From positions 89,772 through 153,771 of the forward strand of contig DASSSZ010000001.1 of assembly GCA_035708165.1 (NCBI GenBank): DNA of 64,000 bases. The letters are read 5' to 3'. Every line of letters begins with the position of its first letter. Position 1 is the first letter of the stretch. The notes beneath the pieces are model-generated. The model did no database searches and was not told where the DNA came from. It was given only the letters and a program-made list of their open reading frames with translations. Positions 17,617-27,974 of this stretch are shown here, one piece after another. The stretch is from Minisyncoccota bacterium (lineage in GTDB: Bacteria; Patescibacteriota; Minisyncoccia; Phycocordibacterales; UBA2100). The position numbers and the translations under genes were made by a program.

Positions 17617-18210
17617 ATGAGCATGAAGAAAGGCCGGGCAGATGACGAGGATGTCATCGACATCGAGGCTGGGGCAGGGACGGATCGCGACGCGGACACC
17701 GATGAGGAGGCGACCGACCTCGCCTCGGCGATGAAGAAGATCAAGAAGCTGCGCGACGAGCTTGCGAGGGCACAGGCGGAGCGTCAGGAGTACCTGGACG
17801 GCTGGCAGCGCCTGCGTGCCGACGTCGCGAACAGCAAGAAGGATGACGCCGCGCGCGCCGCGCGCGAGAAGCAGGCAGCCGAAGCCGCGCTTATCGAGGA
17901 GATCCTGCCCGCATTCGATGCGTATGACATGGCGCGCGCGGCTGCCGGCTGGCAGGCAGTGGATGCGACCTGGCGCGCGGGCATCGAGCAGATCTTCAGC
18001 CAGCTCGAGAATGCGCTCCTCGCACGCGGCGCATCGCGCTTCGGAGCAATCGGCGAGCACTTCGACCCGCACCTGCACGAGGCAGTGGCGGAAGTGTCGC
18101 CTGAGAAGAAGGAGCAGGAAGGCACGATCATCGCGGTGCTCCGGAGCGGCTGGAAGCTGGGCGACACCGTACTGCGCCCCGCGCACGTGACCGTCGCGCA
18201 CGCGGAGTAG
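17617..18210 (+). CDS. grpE: Nucleotide exchange factor GrpE
   Basis: WQR..AD..N, GE.FDP.LHEA, V.R.G..L...VLRPA.V.V. Confidence 0.95.
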   Translation: MSMKKGRADDEDVIDIEAGAGTDRDADTDEEATDLASAMKKIKKLRDELARAQAERQEYLDGWQRLRADVANSKKDDAARAAREKQAAEAALIEEILPAFDAYDMARAAAGWQAVDATWRAGIEQIFSQLENALLARGASRFGAIGEHFDPHLHEAVAEVSPEKKEQEGTIIAVLRSGWKLGDTVLRPAHVTVAHAE

Positions 18211-18313
18211 CCCGCGTGGGCAGGGCGCGCCTGCAGGATATCCGCAGCCACCTGGGGCCGCGGACAGGCCGGCGTCGCGAACACTGCCGCTCAGCCCCGC
18301 CGCTTTGCGTTCA

Positions 18314-18353
18314 TGCTCCTGTAATCTTTACAGCTGTAAGATTTACAGGAGCA
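18314..18353. repeat. 40-bp nested palindrome, copy 1
   Basis: TGCTCCTGTAATCTTTACAG|CTGTAAGATTTACAGGAGCA. Confidence 0.95.
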
Positions 18354-18418
18354 GCGAGGGCGGCTATAGTAATGGGACATACGAGAGAGGCGGCAGCACG
18401 CCTGAAGGGAATGACGGT

Positions 18419-19027
18419 ATGGCAAAGACGCAATTCAAAGGCATCAAGACCCTCGCCGAGTACAGGCGCGGCGAGCTGACGAAGGACATCCTCCGGCTCG
18501 TAGGGGCAGGCGTGAAGCTGGGTGCGATCGTCACCGCACCTAATCTCGCCCAGGTCATCGACTATCTCGACCCGAAAGGGCGGAACGAACGGAACCGCAT
18601 CTGGAAAGCGATCAAGTACCTGGAGAGCAAGGAACGGGTGCGCATCGTCGAGAAGGACGGTACGCAGATCCTCATCCTGACGCACCAAGGCAAGCAGAAG
18701 CTCGATGAGGTGATGATCTGGGAACTCGAGATCAGGCCGCCGCGCCGGTGGGATAAGAAGTGGCGCCTCGTCATGTTCGACTTCCCGGAGCACCGCACCA
18801 CTGCGCACCAGTCGTTCCGGCAGCGCCTGCTCGAGCTCGGCTTCCAGATGTACCAGCAATCCGTGCTCATCTACCCGCACGAGTGCCGCGACGAGGTGCA
18901 GGCGATCGCGCACTGGTTCCACGTAGGGGATCGCGTGCGGTATGTGGTGGCGACGGAGATCAATGACGCGCGCCGCTACGCGAAGGCGTTCCATCTGCTC
19001 GAGGATCATTTGACGAACGGAACGTGA
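18419..19027 (+). CDS. PaaX-family protein: wHTH + Cas2-like domain
   Basis: wHTH wing (L....V.......LT..G) followed by WD.KWRLV.FD.PE...FR..L..LGF...Q.SV.I.P..C. Confidence 0.8.
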   Translation: MAKTQFKGIKTLAEYRRGELTKDILRLVGAGVKLGAIVTAPNLAQVIDYLDPKGRNERNRIWKAIKYLESKERVRIVEKDGTQILILTHQGKQKLDEVMIWELEIRPPRRWDKKWRLVMFDFPEHRTTAHQSFRQRLLELGFQMYQQSVLIYPHECRDEVQAIAHWFHVGDRVRYVVATEINDARRYAKAFHLLEDHLTNGT

Positions 19028-19037
19028 GGAATACAAT
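19010..19037 (+). promoter_or_regulatory. Candidate sigma70 promoter for dnaK
   Basis: TTGACG-N16-TACAAT, immediately upstream of palindrome copy 2. Confidence 0.55.
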
Positions 19038-19048
19038 GAACCCGTCAC

Positions 19049-19088
19049 TGCTCCTGTAAATCATACAGCTGTAAGATTTACTGGAGCA
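19049..19088. repeat. 40-bp nested palindrome, copy 2
   Basis: TGCTCCTGTAAATCATACAG|CTGTAAGATTTACTGGAGCA. Confidence 0.95.
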
Positions 19089-19158
19089 TGCGAAGCGACG
19101 GTAGCGAACGCTACGGACACTACTTACGCAATCACATACCCGCTAACGAATACTCACT

Positions 19159-21042
19159 ATGGCTAAGATCCTAGGAATCGACTTGGGCACGACGAATTCC
19201 GCGATGGCGATCATAGAGCGCGGCGAGCCCGCGATCATCGAGAACGCGGAGGGCAACCGCACGACGCCGTCCATCGTCGCGATCAGCAAGACCGGCGAGC
19301 GGCTGGTCGGGGTCGCGGCCAAGCGCCAGGCGGTTACGAACCCGAAGAGCACCATCTATGGCATCAAGCGCTTCATGGGGCACCGCGCGAGCGAGGCTGC
19401 CATTCAGAAGGATAAGGGGCTCGTCCCGTACGAGATCAAGGAGGGGCCGGACGGCGGCGTGCTCGTGCACTTGGGCGATACGGACTACCGCCCTGAGGAA
19501 GTCTCTGCCATGATCCTCGGCAAGCTCAAGGCGGACGCTGAAGCGAAGCTCGGCGAGCCCATCACGGAGGCAGTCATCACCGTTCCTGCGTATTTCAATG
19601 ACAGCCAGCGCAAGGCGACCAAGGATGCCGGCAAGATCGCAGGCCTCGACGTGAAGCGCATCATCAACGAGCCGACGGCCGCTGCGCTCGCGTACGGCTT
19701 CAACAAGAAGAAAGACGAGAAGATCGCCGTCTTCGACTTCGGCGGCGGCACCTTCGACATCTCGGTCCTCGAAGTGGGCGACGACGTCATCGAGGTGAAG
19801 TCCACCGACGGCGACGCGCACATGGGCGGCCGCGATATCGACCAGGCGATCGTGGAGTGGATCATCACCGAATTCAAGAAGGATTCCGGAGTAGACGTCA
19901 GCAAGGACGCGCTCGCGCTCCAGCGCCTCGACGAAGCGGCGGAGAAGGCCAAGATCGAGCTCTCGACCACGCAGGAGACCGAGATCAACATCCCCTTCAT
20001 CACCTCGACTGCGGAGGGCCCGCAGCACCTCCTGCTGAAGTTCTCGCGCGCCAAGCTCGAGGAGATCGCGGCTCCGTTCATCGACAAGGCGCTCGAGATC
20101 ACCAAGCGCGCCGTCGAGGCATCGCCGTTCGAGAAGGGCGATATCAATGAGATCGTGCTCGTCGGGGGCCAGACTCGCATGCCGGCCATGCAGAAGCGCG
20201 TCGAGGAATTCTTCGGCAAGAAGCCGCACATGGGCGTGAACCCGGATGAAGTCGTGGCAGTCGGCGCCGCGATCCAGGGCGGCATCCTGCAGGGCGATGT
20301 CAAGGACATCCTCCTGCTCGATGTCATCCCGCTTTCGTTCGGCATCGAAACGATGGGCGGCGTCGCGACGAAGCTGATCGAGCGCAACGCCACGATCCCT
20401 ACCAGCAAATCGCAGGTCTTCTCGACCGCAGCAGACAATCAGACCAGCGTGGAGATCCATGTCGTGCAGGGCGAGCGCGCGATGGCTGCTGATAACAATT
20501 CGCTCGGCCGCTTCATGCTGGACGGCATCGCGCCGGCGCCCCGCGGCATGCCGCAGATCGAAGTCTCGTTCGATATCGATGCGAACGGCATCCTCTCGGT
20601 CAAAGCGAAGGATAAGGGGACCGGCAAGGAGCAATCCATCCGCATTGAGGCGAGCAGCGGACTCTCCGACGCCGATATCGAGCGCATGAAGCAGGATGCG
20701 GAGACGCATGCCGAAGAGGATAAGAAGAAGCATGAGGCCGCAGAGGTCAATAACGCTGCCGACCAGCTCGTCTACACCGCAGAGAAATCCCTCACGGAGC
20801 ACGGCGAGAAGGTCGGGGAAGACGTGCGGAAGGACGTCGAGGAGAAGGTCAGCGCCGTGAAGAAGGCGCGCGAAGGGTCCGACCTCGATGCCATCAAGGC
20901 CGCGACCGAAGCACTCTCCGGCAGCCTCTCGAAGATCGGCGAAGCGGTGCAGAAGGCCGCACAGCAGCAGCAGCCGGAGCAGGGGAATGCGAATGGCAAT
21001 CCGGAGAGCGCTTCCGGCGACGGCGAGCAGGGGCAGCAATAG
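19159..21042 (+). CDS. dnaK: Chaperone DnaK
   Basis: [36 protein letters not shown]. Confidence 0.99.
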   Translation: MAKILGIDLGTTNSAMAIIERGEPAIIENAEGNRTTPSIVAISKTGERLVGVAAKRQAVTNPKSTIYGIKRFMGHRASEAAIQKDKGLVPYEIKEGPDGGVLVHLGDTDYRPEEVSAMILGKLKADAEAKLGEPITEAVITVPAYFNDSQRKATKDAGKIAGLDVKRIINEPTAAALAYGFNKKKDEKIAVFDFGGGTFDISVLEVGDDVIEVKSTDGDAHMGGRDIDQAIVEWIITEFKKDSGVDVSKDALALQRLDEAAEKAKIELSTTQETEINIPFITSTAEGPQHLLLKFSRAKLEEIAAPFIDKALEITKRAVEASPFEKGDINEIVLVGGQTRMPAMQKRVEEFFGKKPHMGVNPDEVVAVGAAIQGGILQGDVKDILLLDVIPLSFGIETMGGVATKLIERNATIPTSKSQVFSTAADNQTSVEIHVVQGERAMAADNNSLGRFMLDGIAPAPRGMPQIEVSFDIDANGILSVKAKDKGTGKEQSIRIEASSGLSDADIERMKQDAETHAEEDKKKHEAAEVNNAADQLVYTAEKSLTEHGEKVGEDVRKDVEEKVSAVKKAREGSDLDAIKAATEALSGSLSKIGEAVQKAAQQQQPEQGNANGNPESASGDGEQGQQ

Positions 21043-21122
21043 CCGATTCCGACCATCCGCAGGCACCGAGACGCTTCGTGCGCCTCTTTGCGTTTACCCG
21101 TATCCGGGCGGATAATGCAGCG

Positions 21123-22376
21123 ATGCAGGATCGCCTCCTTTTCGAGCGGACGATGCTCGGCAACGGCACAGCGCTCTATTCGCACGCGATGGACGCGCCG
21201 CTCTTCTCGCTCCATGTGCTGATCCCAGTCGGGAGCGTCCATTCGCACGACGGCAACTCCGGCGGCCGGCACGGCGTCACGCACTTCCTCGAGCACATGA
21301 CGTTCATGCGCTCTGAGCGCTACCCGGAGCTGCGCTCGTTCGACCGCCTCGCTGCGGAGCAGGGCGCCTTGCTCAATGCATACACCGCACCGTACTACAC
21401 GAGCATCTACGTCCAAGCGCCCGTGGCCGCTGAGCGCATGATCGTCGAAGGAATCGCGAGCATGCTGTTCCAGCCGATCTTCGACGAGGGTGATATCGCG
21501 ATCGAACGCGGCGTGGTCGGCAATGAGCGGGATCAGCGCAAGTACTTCCCGGGAACGACGGAGCTCGGGCGCTACATCGATCACGAGTGGATGCACGACG
21601 AGCACTTCACGAAAGAGCAGCTCTTCGGCAGTGATGCTGATCTAGCCGCGATGACCCCAGTGCAGCTCTCGCGCTTTCATGATAATTACTGGAACGAAAG
21701 CGTGCGCATCGTCGCCGCAGGTGGGCATGATCCGCATATCATCGCGGAGGCATTCGGGAGCACGGCAGCTCCCTCCAGCAGGCTGATGGAGCAATCGATA
21801 CCGCTCTCCTGGGGGAGGCGGGAGTACCACGAGAAGCAGTTCAGGGACCTCGATTCGCCGATCCTCTTCATCGGCGGTCTCACGTCATCCTACGATCTCA
21901 TGAGCGATCTGCGGCTCACGTTCATCTTGGGATTCCTCACGAATCCGTCGCATGGCCCGATCTACGATTGGCTGCGCAATCAGAAGGGATGGACCTACGG
22001 CGTCTCCGCAGGGTCGGAAACGGATCGGGACCGCTTCAGCTGGCTATTCCGGATGCCGCTCAATGATGTCACGGCTGTCCGCGAGATCCGCGCAGAATTC
22101 ATGGAACGCGCTCGAACGGCCCTTGCTGACGAAGCGCACATCCGCGCGCATGCAGCGCGCGAGCTGAATCGGAACGTCTTCAATTTCCAGACAGCCGATA
22201 CGCGCGCGGAGACCGCCGTCACCATGCTTACGCACACCGGGACCATCAGCTCGGAGGCGGAGCTCGTCGCGATACTCGAGTCCATGACCGCCGAATCACT
22301 CCTTGGCGCCTTCGACGAGCATTTCGCGCCAGAACGGGTCGGCGAATTCCTCGCGCTGCCGATGGCACAGGGGTAG
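21123..22376 (+). CDS. M16 (pitrilysin/insulinase) family zinc peptidase
   Basis: G..HFLEHM.F (HxxEH), NAYT, ERGVV.NE, LR..KG.TY. Confidence 0.88.
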   Translation: MQDRLLFERTMLGNGTALYSHAMDAPLFSLHVLIPVGSVHSHDGNSGGRHGVTHFLEHMTFMRSERYPELRSFDRLAAEQGALLNAYTAPYYTSIYVQAPVAAERMIVEGIASMLFQPIFDEGDIAIERGVVGNERDQRKYFPGTTELGRYIDHEWMHDEHFTKEQLFGSDADLAAMTPVQLSRFHDNYWNESVRIVAAGGHDPHIIAEAFGSTAAPSSRLMEQSIPLSWGRREYHEKQFRDLDSPILFIGGLTSSYDLMSDLRLTFILGFLTNPSHGPIYDWLRNQKGWTYGVSAGSETDRDRFSWLFRMPLNDVTAVREIRAEFMERARTALADEAHIRAHAARELNRNVFNFQTADTRAETAVTMLTHTGTISSEAELVAILESMTAESLLGAFDEHFAPERVGEFLALPMAQG

Positions 22377-22423
22377 GGGAGCGTGTCGTTGTATTCCCCC
22401 GCGAGGCTCGTATAATGCCAAGC

Positions 22424-23491
22424 ATGAAGGACTACTACCAGATCCTGGGCGTCGCGAAGAACGCCTCAGAAGAGGAGATCAAGAAGGCGTTCCGGAAGCT
22501 CGCGCACCAGTACCACCCGGACAAGCAGGGTGGCGATGAAGCCAAGTTCAAGGAGGCGAGCGAGGCGTACGCCGTCCTTTCAGACAAGAAGAAGCGGGCC
22601 GAATACGATGCCTATGGCAGGACGTTCAGCGGCAGCGGCAGTGCAGGCGCGAACCCGTTCGGGGCCGGCTTCGATTTCTCCGGCTTCGAGGGTTTCCAGC
22701 AAGGCTTCGAGGGCATGGACTTCGGCGACATCTTCAGCGATCTCTTCGGCGGCGGGCGCGGGCAGCGCCAGAAGCGCGGCCGCGACATCTCGATCGATAT
22801 CGAGCTCCCGTTCCGCGATGCGATCTTCGGCACGGAGCGCCGCGTCCTCATCACCAAGCAGGCTGTCTGCAGCACATGCAAGGGCTCCGGCGCCGCGCCT
22901 GGCAGCGAGACGGTGACCTGTTCGCTATGCACCGGCTCCGGCACCATCAAGGAGACGCGCCAATCGATCCTCGGCAGCTTCACGAGCGTCCGCGAATGCC
23001 CGGAGTGCTACGGACGCGGGACGGTTCCCGAGGTAAAGTGCCGCGATTGCGGCGGCGTAGGCGTGCGACGCGAGGAGCAGGAGATCCGCGTGCAGATTCC
23101 GGCCGGTATCCAGAACGGCGAGATGATCCGCCAGCCGCAGCAGGGCGAGGCAGTGCCGGGCGGCGCCTCGGGCGACCTCTACATCAAGATCCACGTCCAG
23201 CCGGATCGCACCTTCACGCGCGAAGGGAATAACCTTGCGATGACGCTCTCCGTGAAGCTCACGGATGCGCTCCTCGGCGCGACCTACGCTGTGGAGACGC
23301 TCGACGGCACCGAGCAAGTGAAGATCCCTGCCGGCGTCTCGCATGGCGACGTGCTGCGCATCAAGGGCAAGGGCGTGCCTGCCGCGACTGGCCGCGGCGA
23401 CCTCATGCTGCGCATCGCCGTGCCGCTCCCTAAGAAGCTCTCCCGCAAGGCGAAGCAGGCAATCGAAGAGCTCCGCGAGCAAGGCCTCTAG
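22424..23491 (+). CDS. dnaJ: Chaperone DnaJ
   Basis: HPD J-domain, G/F-rich region, four CxxCxGxG repeats. Confidence 0.98.
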   Translation: MKDYYQILGVAKNASEEEIKKAFRKLAHQYHPDKQGGDEAKFKEASEAYAVLSDKKKRAEYDAYGRTFSGSGSAGANPFGAGFDFSGFEGFQQGFEGMDFGDIFSDLFGGGRGQRQKRGRDISIDIELPFRDAIFGTERRVLITKQAVCSTCKGSGAAPGSETVTCSLCTGSGTIKETRQSILGSFTSVRECPECYGRGTVPEVKCRDCGGVGVRREEQEIRVQIPAGIQNGEMIRQPQQGEAVPGGASGDLYIKIHVQPDRTFTREGNNLAMTLSVKLTDALLGATYAVETLDGTEQVKIPAGVSHGDVLRIKGKGVPAATGRGDLMLRIAVPLPKKLSRKAKQAIEELREQGL

Positions 23492-23562
23492 GGAGTCCGA
23501 GTTATCCAGAGCCACCCCGTACGGGGCGGCTTGCGTATGCATGCCGGCGCTATACTAGGGCT

Positions 23563-24045
23563 ATGGATTTCGGCATATTCTCGGTCGTCCCGATGGACTT
23601 CCTGATATTCTTCATCGCCTGGGTCGTGCTTTCCGTCGTGGCGCTGCAAGGCGGCCGCGGGGAAGTGCTCTCCATGATGCTGGGCGCATTCGTCGGCGTC
23701 GCCGTCTTCGATTACGCGCAGAAGGCGTTCTGGCTTTCCGGGATCATCGCGCCCTATGTCGCCGTGCCGCGTGATGCCGCCATCGGCCTCGCCATCCTCA
23801 TCATCCTCAGCTACCTCGTCATTCGCATGCTGATGCTCCCGTACGGGAGCGATCTGATCGGATCGCCATCGCAATCGGCCGTCATCGGCTTTCTCTGTAC
23901 GGCTATCATCTTCTCGATCTGGGTCGCGGCCCCATCCACGGATGCGATCTGGCACTTCGGCTCGCTGTTCCAGACGATCTTCTCGCCGATGTACGCCTTC
24001 TGGTGGATCGTCGGCTCCTTCGGCTTGCTGGCACTCTTCGGGTAG
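23563..24045 (+). CDS. Hypothetical polytopic membrane protein
   Basis: About 5 hydrophobic segments; TATACT 6 nt upstream of ATG. Confidence 0.75.
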   Translation: MDFGIFSVVPMDFLIFFIAWVVLSVVALQGGRGEVLSMMLGAFVGVAVFDYAQKAFWLSGIIAPYVAVPRDAAIGLAILIILSYLVIRMLMLPYGSDLIGSPSQSAVIGFLCTAIIFSIWVAAPSTDAIWHFGSLFQTIFSPMYAFWWIVGSFGLLALFG

Positions 24046-24307
24046 GCCGCAATGAAAGCAGCTGCGTTTGCAGCAGCTCCAGCCATGCGTTTGACGACCC
24101 CGCTTCCGGGAGGGGGTGGCGCATTTCTCGTGCGATCTGCTGTCCCCAGATGCGCTCATTTCATGGCGAAGTACGTGGCACAATGAAGCTGTAGATGCCT
24201 CCTATCTTTGCACATATGGAATCGGATACTTCCATTCCTGCCTCATCGAATCAGGCGCATCGGGTCAGATGGTAGCCTTTCGCTCACAATCACATTACAC
24301 CGCTGCG

Positions 24308-25897
24308 ATGCTTGCGATCCTCGGCGGCATACTGCTCGGTGCCGGCGATCGGATACCTGCGTTGTGGTTCCTATCGCTGTTCGGATTCTTCCCGCTTACG
24401 ATGCTTCTCGCTCGCGGGAAGAGTATCCGCTCCGTGTTCGGCTGGTTCCTGCTAGCCGGATTCTGCGCATACGGGCTTTCGCTCAATGCGCTTTTCTGGG
24501 ATTCGCTTCCGCTTACCTGGCTTGGCGTTTCCGGTATCTCAGGTGTTCTCATCATCGCGATCGTCTGGCTCTTTTCCGTAGTGATATTCATGGTTCCTTT
24601 CTCAGCGCTGCTCACGCTTGCATGGCGGCTTTCTGACGCTTCGCGCCTTGCGCTCGTCGTGGTGCCGAGCGCGTACGTCCTCGGCGACTGGGCGGGGGCG
24701 TGGCTCTTCAGCATCGTCAATTACGGTCCGTTCGGGCTGTTGGGACCGAATTTCACGATGGGTTCGCCTGCCTATCAATTAGCTGCGAATGGAGCCCTGC
24801 TGCAGCTCGCGTGGCTTGGCAGCCTTTATGCTCTCGGCTTCGCGCAAGCATTCGCTGGCGTGGCGCTTTATCGGATCTGGGTCGGGCGCAGGCAGGAGCG
24901 GATCGCGCTCATCTCCATCATCATTCTCGCGCTCATTCTCATTGGCGCAGGGAGCTGGTGGTTCGCGACCGGACATGCTGCGGAGACAGGGAAGCCTTTG
25001 CGGGTCGCGCTTGTCGGAGTGTACGAGCCTTCGATCCTTGCGCCGACTCCTGCGCAGACCGAGGAGAAGTACGCGACGCTCTCGCGGATCATGGCTGCCA
25101 TCCCCGCGACATCGACTGACATTATCGCGTTACCTGAAGATTCGCGCTTCCTGCTCGAATGGCACGCCACGCATGATGCCGGTCCGCTCATTCCGGTCGG
25201 CAATGCGCAAGCGGCTGACTATATAGACTCTTCGAGCGAACGCGAGCACGGCACGCTCTACTCTCGTACTGAGTATTATCGCGCATCCTCTGACACGTCG
25301 GCATACAGCTACAAGCAGTTCCTCATGCCATTAGGTGAAGAGCACCCGTATCTCTATCAAGTAGTAGGGCGGCTGATCGGGCAGGCCGGTGTCGTGGATA
25401 CGCTGCTCTCAGTACGCGGCTTCGCGACCAAGCCGCTCTCCGGCCCGGTGCTGCTCCATGGCGTCCCTGTCGCTGCGCTCCTTTGTTCGGAGGGGATGAG
25501 TCCTACCTTATACGCCGAAGAGGCGCGCCTCGGCGCATCGGCCTTCTTCAATCTCGCGTCGCATACATGGTTTCATGAATCCCGCACCATGCACGGTATC
25601 GCGCTATGGAATAGCAAGGTGCGCGCGGTCGAAAGCCGGCGATGGTATGCGCGGCCGGCCGATGATTCTCCGTCTTTCATCCTTGATCCGTACGGTCGCG
25701 TCACGGCAATGAGCCGGTGGGGGCAGGATGGCGTGATATACGGCACGATATTTGCGAGGGAGGATAGCACCCCGTATGACGCTCTGGGGCAATGGGTGCT
25801 TCTTGTACCGCTCGCGATGCTTCTCCTGCCATCTGCAGCGGCAGCCCTCAAGCGATTGCGGATGCGCATGCGCAAGCGTACGATGCGGGCGGAGTAG
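24308..25897 (+). CDS. lnt: Apolipoprotein N-acyltransferase (start uncertain; 24269 possible)
   Basis: Multi-TM N-terminus; nitrilase-fold triad ALPE / YK..LMP.GE / LLC.E; RAVE..R; DPYGRV; TPY...G.W. Confidence 0.82.
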   Translation: MLAILGGILLGAGDRIPALWFLSLFGFFPLTMLLARGKSIRSVFGWFLLAGFCAYGLSLNALFWDSLPLTWLGVSGISGVLIIAIVWLFSVVIFMVPFSALLTLAWRLSDASRLALVVVPSAYVLGDWAGAWLFSIVNYGPFGLLGPNFTMGSPAYQLAANGALLQLAWLGSLYALGFAQAFAGVALYRIWVGRRQERIALISIIILALILIGAGSWWFATGHAAETGKPLRVALVGVYEPSILAPTPAQTEEKYATLSRIMAAIPATSTDIIALPEDSRFLLEWHATHDAGPLIPVGNAQAADYIDSSSEREHGTLYSRTEYYRASSDTSAYSYKQFLMPLGEEHPYLYQVVGRLIGQAGVVDTLLSVRGFATKPLSGPVLLHGVPVAALLCSEGMSPTLYAEEARLGASAFFNLASHTWFHESRTMHGIALWNSKVRAVESRRWYARPADDSPSFILDPYGRVTAMSRWGQDGVIYGTIFAREDSTPYDALGQWVLLVPLAMLLLPSAAAALKRLRMRMRKRTMRAE

Positions 25898-25919
25898 AGT
25901 CGGAACAGGAAGGGATGCA

Positions 25920-26642
25920 ATGGCTCGAATCGATGGCATTCCGCCGAGCCCGCTTCGACGGGTGCTCGGCGGAATCGGACTGTATACGGTTGCCACTGCG
26001 ATCGGATGCGCGGTACGGATTCTTGAGGCGTGCGGAAGGGTGCGAGTCGAGGGGCGGGGGCGCGCGCTATGCGTGCTTGCACGCGGAAACGCCATTATCG
26101 CTGCGAATCATCCGTCAGCGCTTGAGACCTGCGTCATTCCGGTCCTGTTCTGGCCGCATTCGCTCGCTGCTCCGAGGCTGTACCCTTGGAGTATCGCGCG
26201 ACGCGATCTATTCGCGCCGTTCTTTGCAGGACTATTCCGCTGCATTGCCATCGAGCCCGGCCACGGGGCGGTGAAAGCAAACCGTATCGCATGCCGCGCG
26301 ATGGGCGCAGCGCTCGAATGCCGGGACGTGCTCGTCATCTATCCTGAAGGAACGCGCACATGCGGCAGCACCGGCAGGGAATGCCGCAACGCACGCGTTA
26401 TCGCGCCGTTTGCGAGCGATATAGTCGTGCGACTCGCGCGAATGCATGGATCGGTCATCGTGCCGGTGTATGTCGATTTCGGCGAGGTACGCGAGAAGCT
26501 CTCGTTTCTCTCCTGCCTGCGGCGCGTGCTCTTTCAGGAAAGGCTGGTCATCTCATTCGGTGAGCCGTATGCGCTTTCGGGCGCTTCAAGCCGGATTCAG
26601 GATCATCAATGGATGCTTCGTGAGCTGATGTTCTCAGCGTAG
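25920..26642 (+). CDS. PlsC-like lysophospholipid acyltransferase
   Basis: ANHPSALE (Hx4E variant of Hx4D), YPEGTR, IVPV, I.FGEP. Confidence 0.8.
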   Translation: MARIDGIPPSPLRRVLGGIGLYTVATAIGCAVRILEACGRVRVEGRGRALCVLARGNAIIAANHPSALETCVIPVLFWPHSLAAPRLYPWSIARRDLFAPFFAGLFRCIAIEPGHGAVKANRIACRAMGAALECRDVLVIYPEGTRTCGSTGRECRNARVIAPFASDIVVRLARMHGSVIVPVYVDFGEVREKLSFLSCLRRVLFQERLVISFGEPYALSGASSRIQDHQWMLRELMFSA

Positions 26643-26651
26643 GCATGCAGG

Positions 26652-26680
26652 AAGGCCGGCGATTGCGCCGGCCTTTTTAT
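26652..26680 (+). terminator. Intrinsic terminator
   Basis: AAGGCCGGCG-ATTG-CGCCGGCCTT followed by a T run. Confidence 0.75.
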
Positions 26681-26793
26681 TGCAGGCTCGGTTACGAGAA
26701 TGCCCGGATCAGGCACTATCCGGGGATAGGATGCCGCGCAAATGATCCGAGAGCGGTTCACAGTTATCAACAATCGATCTCGTGCACGAGAAA

Positions 26794-26810
26794 ACGAAAA
26801 CGGTTTTCGT
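26794..26810. promoter_or_regulatory. AT-rich dyad next to a -10 box (candidate operator)
   Basis: ACGAAAAC-G-GTTTTCGT, then TACACT at 26812-26817. Confidence 0.45.
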
Positions 26811-26825
26811 ATACACTATATGCAT

Positions 26826-27959
26826 ATGAGTCGCGATACATCACCTCTGGCGCGCGATGCCCATCTGATCAGGTGGATCCTCGCGCTCATCGCGATCATC
26901 ATCGTCGGCACGGTCTTCTTCGGCGGCTATAGCGGATTGCAGCGGCTCTTCGGGGTTTCAGGAGCGGCGCCGCAGGCGAGCACCGCACCCGCTGACCTCA
27001 CAGGAGCGCTCGTGCTCTCGGTCGGCATGACCTCGGCATCGACGGGCCAGAGCGTAATGGCTCCGCTTTTGATCTGGGCAGCGACGGGAGCGAGGGAATC
27101 GATCCAGGCTGATCAGCTCGGAAGCGGTCCTGCGATCGCATTCCAATACAGCATTTCGCGCGACTCGAACTCAGCTGTTTTCCTGGCGACACCGATTATC
27201 GGGACGGGCGCAGACATGCACACCGCGCAGGAGACGCCCTCGATCTACCGCGCCGATACGTCCGCCGTCACTGATTCGTCAAGCCTGACTGCAGCGCTGC
27301 AGGCAGCTGCGTCCGTAGCCGATCCTACCAGCACCGACTACTTCCGCGAATTCCCTGTCATCGCCCCGAGCACAGCGATCCTATACTCCTCGCTTCCGAG
27401 GAGCGCATACCTGCAATCCAGCACCACGCTCGGCTCGCTCGACGCCGACGCATGGAACATCGACATGCTCGATCCGTCCGGCGCGAAGACGACAGTGGCG
27501 ACCGGGCTGTACCCGAAGTGGGTCGATGCGACCCATTTCGCATTCCTCAAGGATGACGGCATCTACGTGCATGACCTTGCGAGCGGGTCCGATACGAAGG
27601 TCTGGAATCTCACGCGCCCTGCTACCGCCACGATGGGTTTCGATGTGTCCGATGACGGGCAGTTCGCGGCCGTGACCGATCCTGCTGACGGATCAGTCCA
27701 GGTGATCCGAGCCCTCAACTGGCCCGGCGGCATCCTCTCGACCTTCGCGACGCTGCCGATCACGGCGACTAATCCGGTCCTCTCGCCCGATGATCACTAC
27801 CTTGCCATGGTGGCGCTCCAACCGGGCGGTTCCGACCCAGAGAGTCCGCTCATTCCGACACTCGAGTATTATTCGCTCACGACGCAGCAGTTCCTCCCGC
27901 AGTCGCTCGTTTTCGATCCTACTACGACTACGGCGATTTATCTGACGGATTGGAGGTAA
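26826..27959 (+). CDS. Membrane-anchored TolB/WD40-like beta-propeller protein
   Basis: N-terminal TM; propeller-type motifs SRDS, PKW....FAF, VSDDG, SPDD. Confidence 0.6.
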   Translation: MSRDTSPLARDAHLIRWILALIAIIIVGTVFFGGYSGLQRLFGVSGAAPQASTAPADLTGALVLSVGMTSASTGQSVMAPLLIWAATGARESIQADQLGSGPAIAFQYSISRDSNSAVFLATPIIGTGADMHTAQETPSIYRADTSAVTDSSSLTAALQAAASVADPTSTDYFREFPVIAPSTAILYSSLPRSAYLQSSTTLGSLDADAWNIDMLDPSGAKTTVATGLYPKWVDATHFAFLKDDGIYVHDLASGSDTKVWNLTRPATATMGFDVSDDGQFAAVTDPADGSVQVIRALNWPGGILSTFATLPITATNPVLSPDDHYLAMVALQPGGSDPESPLIPTLEYYSLTTQQFLPQSLVFDPTTTTAIYLTDWR

Positions 27960-27974
27960 TGATTTTCATTCGCT

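Noticed and set aside
18314-19088. CRISPR array (two palindromic repeats beside a Cas2-like domain)
   Set aside because: Only two copies, about 695 bp apart with a whole gene between them; no spacer-sized units and no cas1.
17540-19158. CIRCE element / hrcA
   Set aside because: No TTAGCACTC-N9-GAGTGCTAA and no HrcA-like ORF seen.
19171-21066. 631-aa ORF antisense to dnaK, and similar long shadows over pepF, leuS, trpS/aspS and mraY/ftsW
   Set aside because: Same codon-bias artefact; the sense genes are unambiguous.
24046-24307. N-terminal extension of Lnt or a structured RNA in this gap
   Set aside because: The extension looks non-coding and I found no convincing stem or repeat; treated as the boundary of the accessory block.
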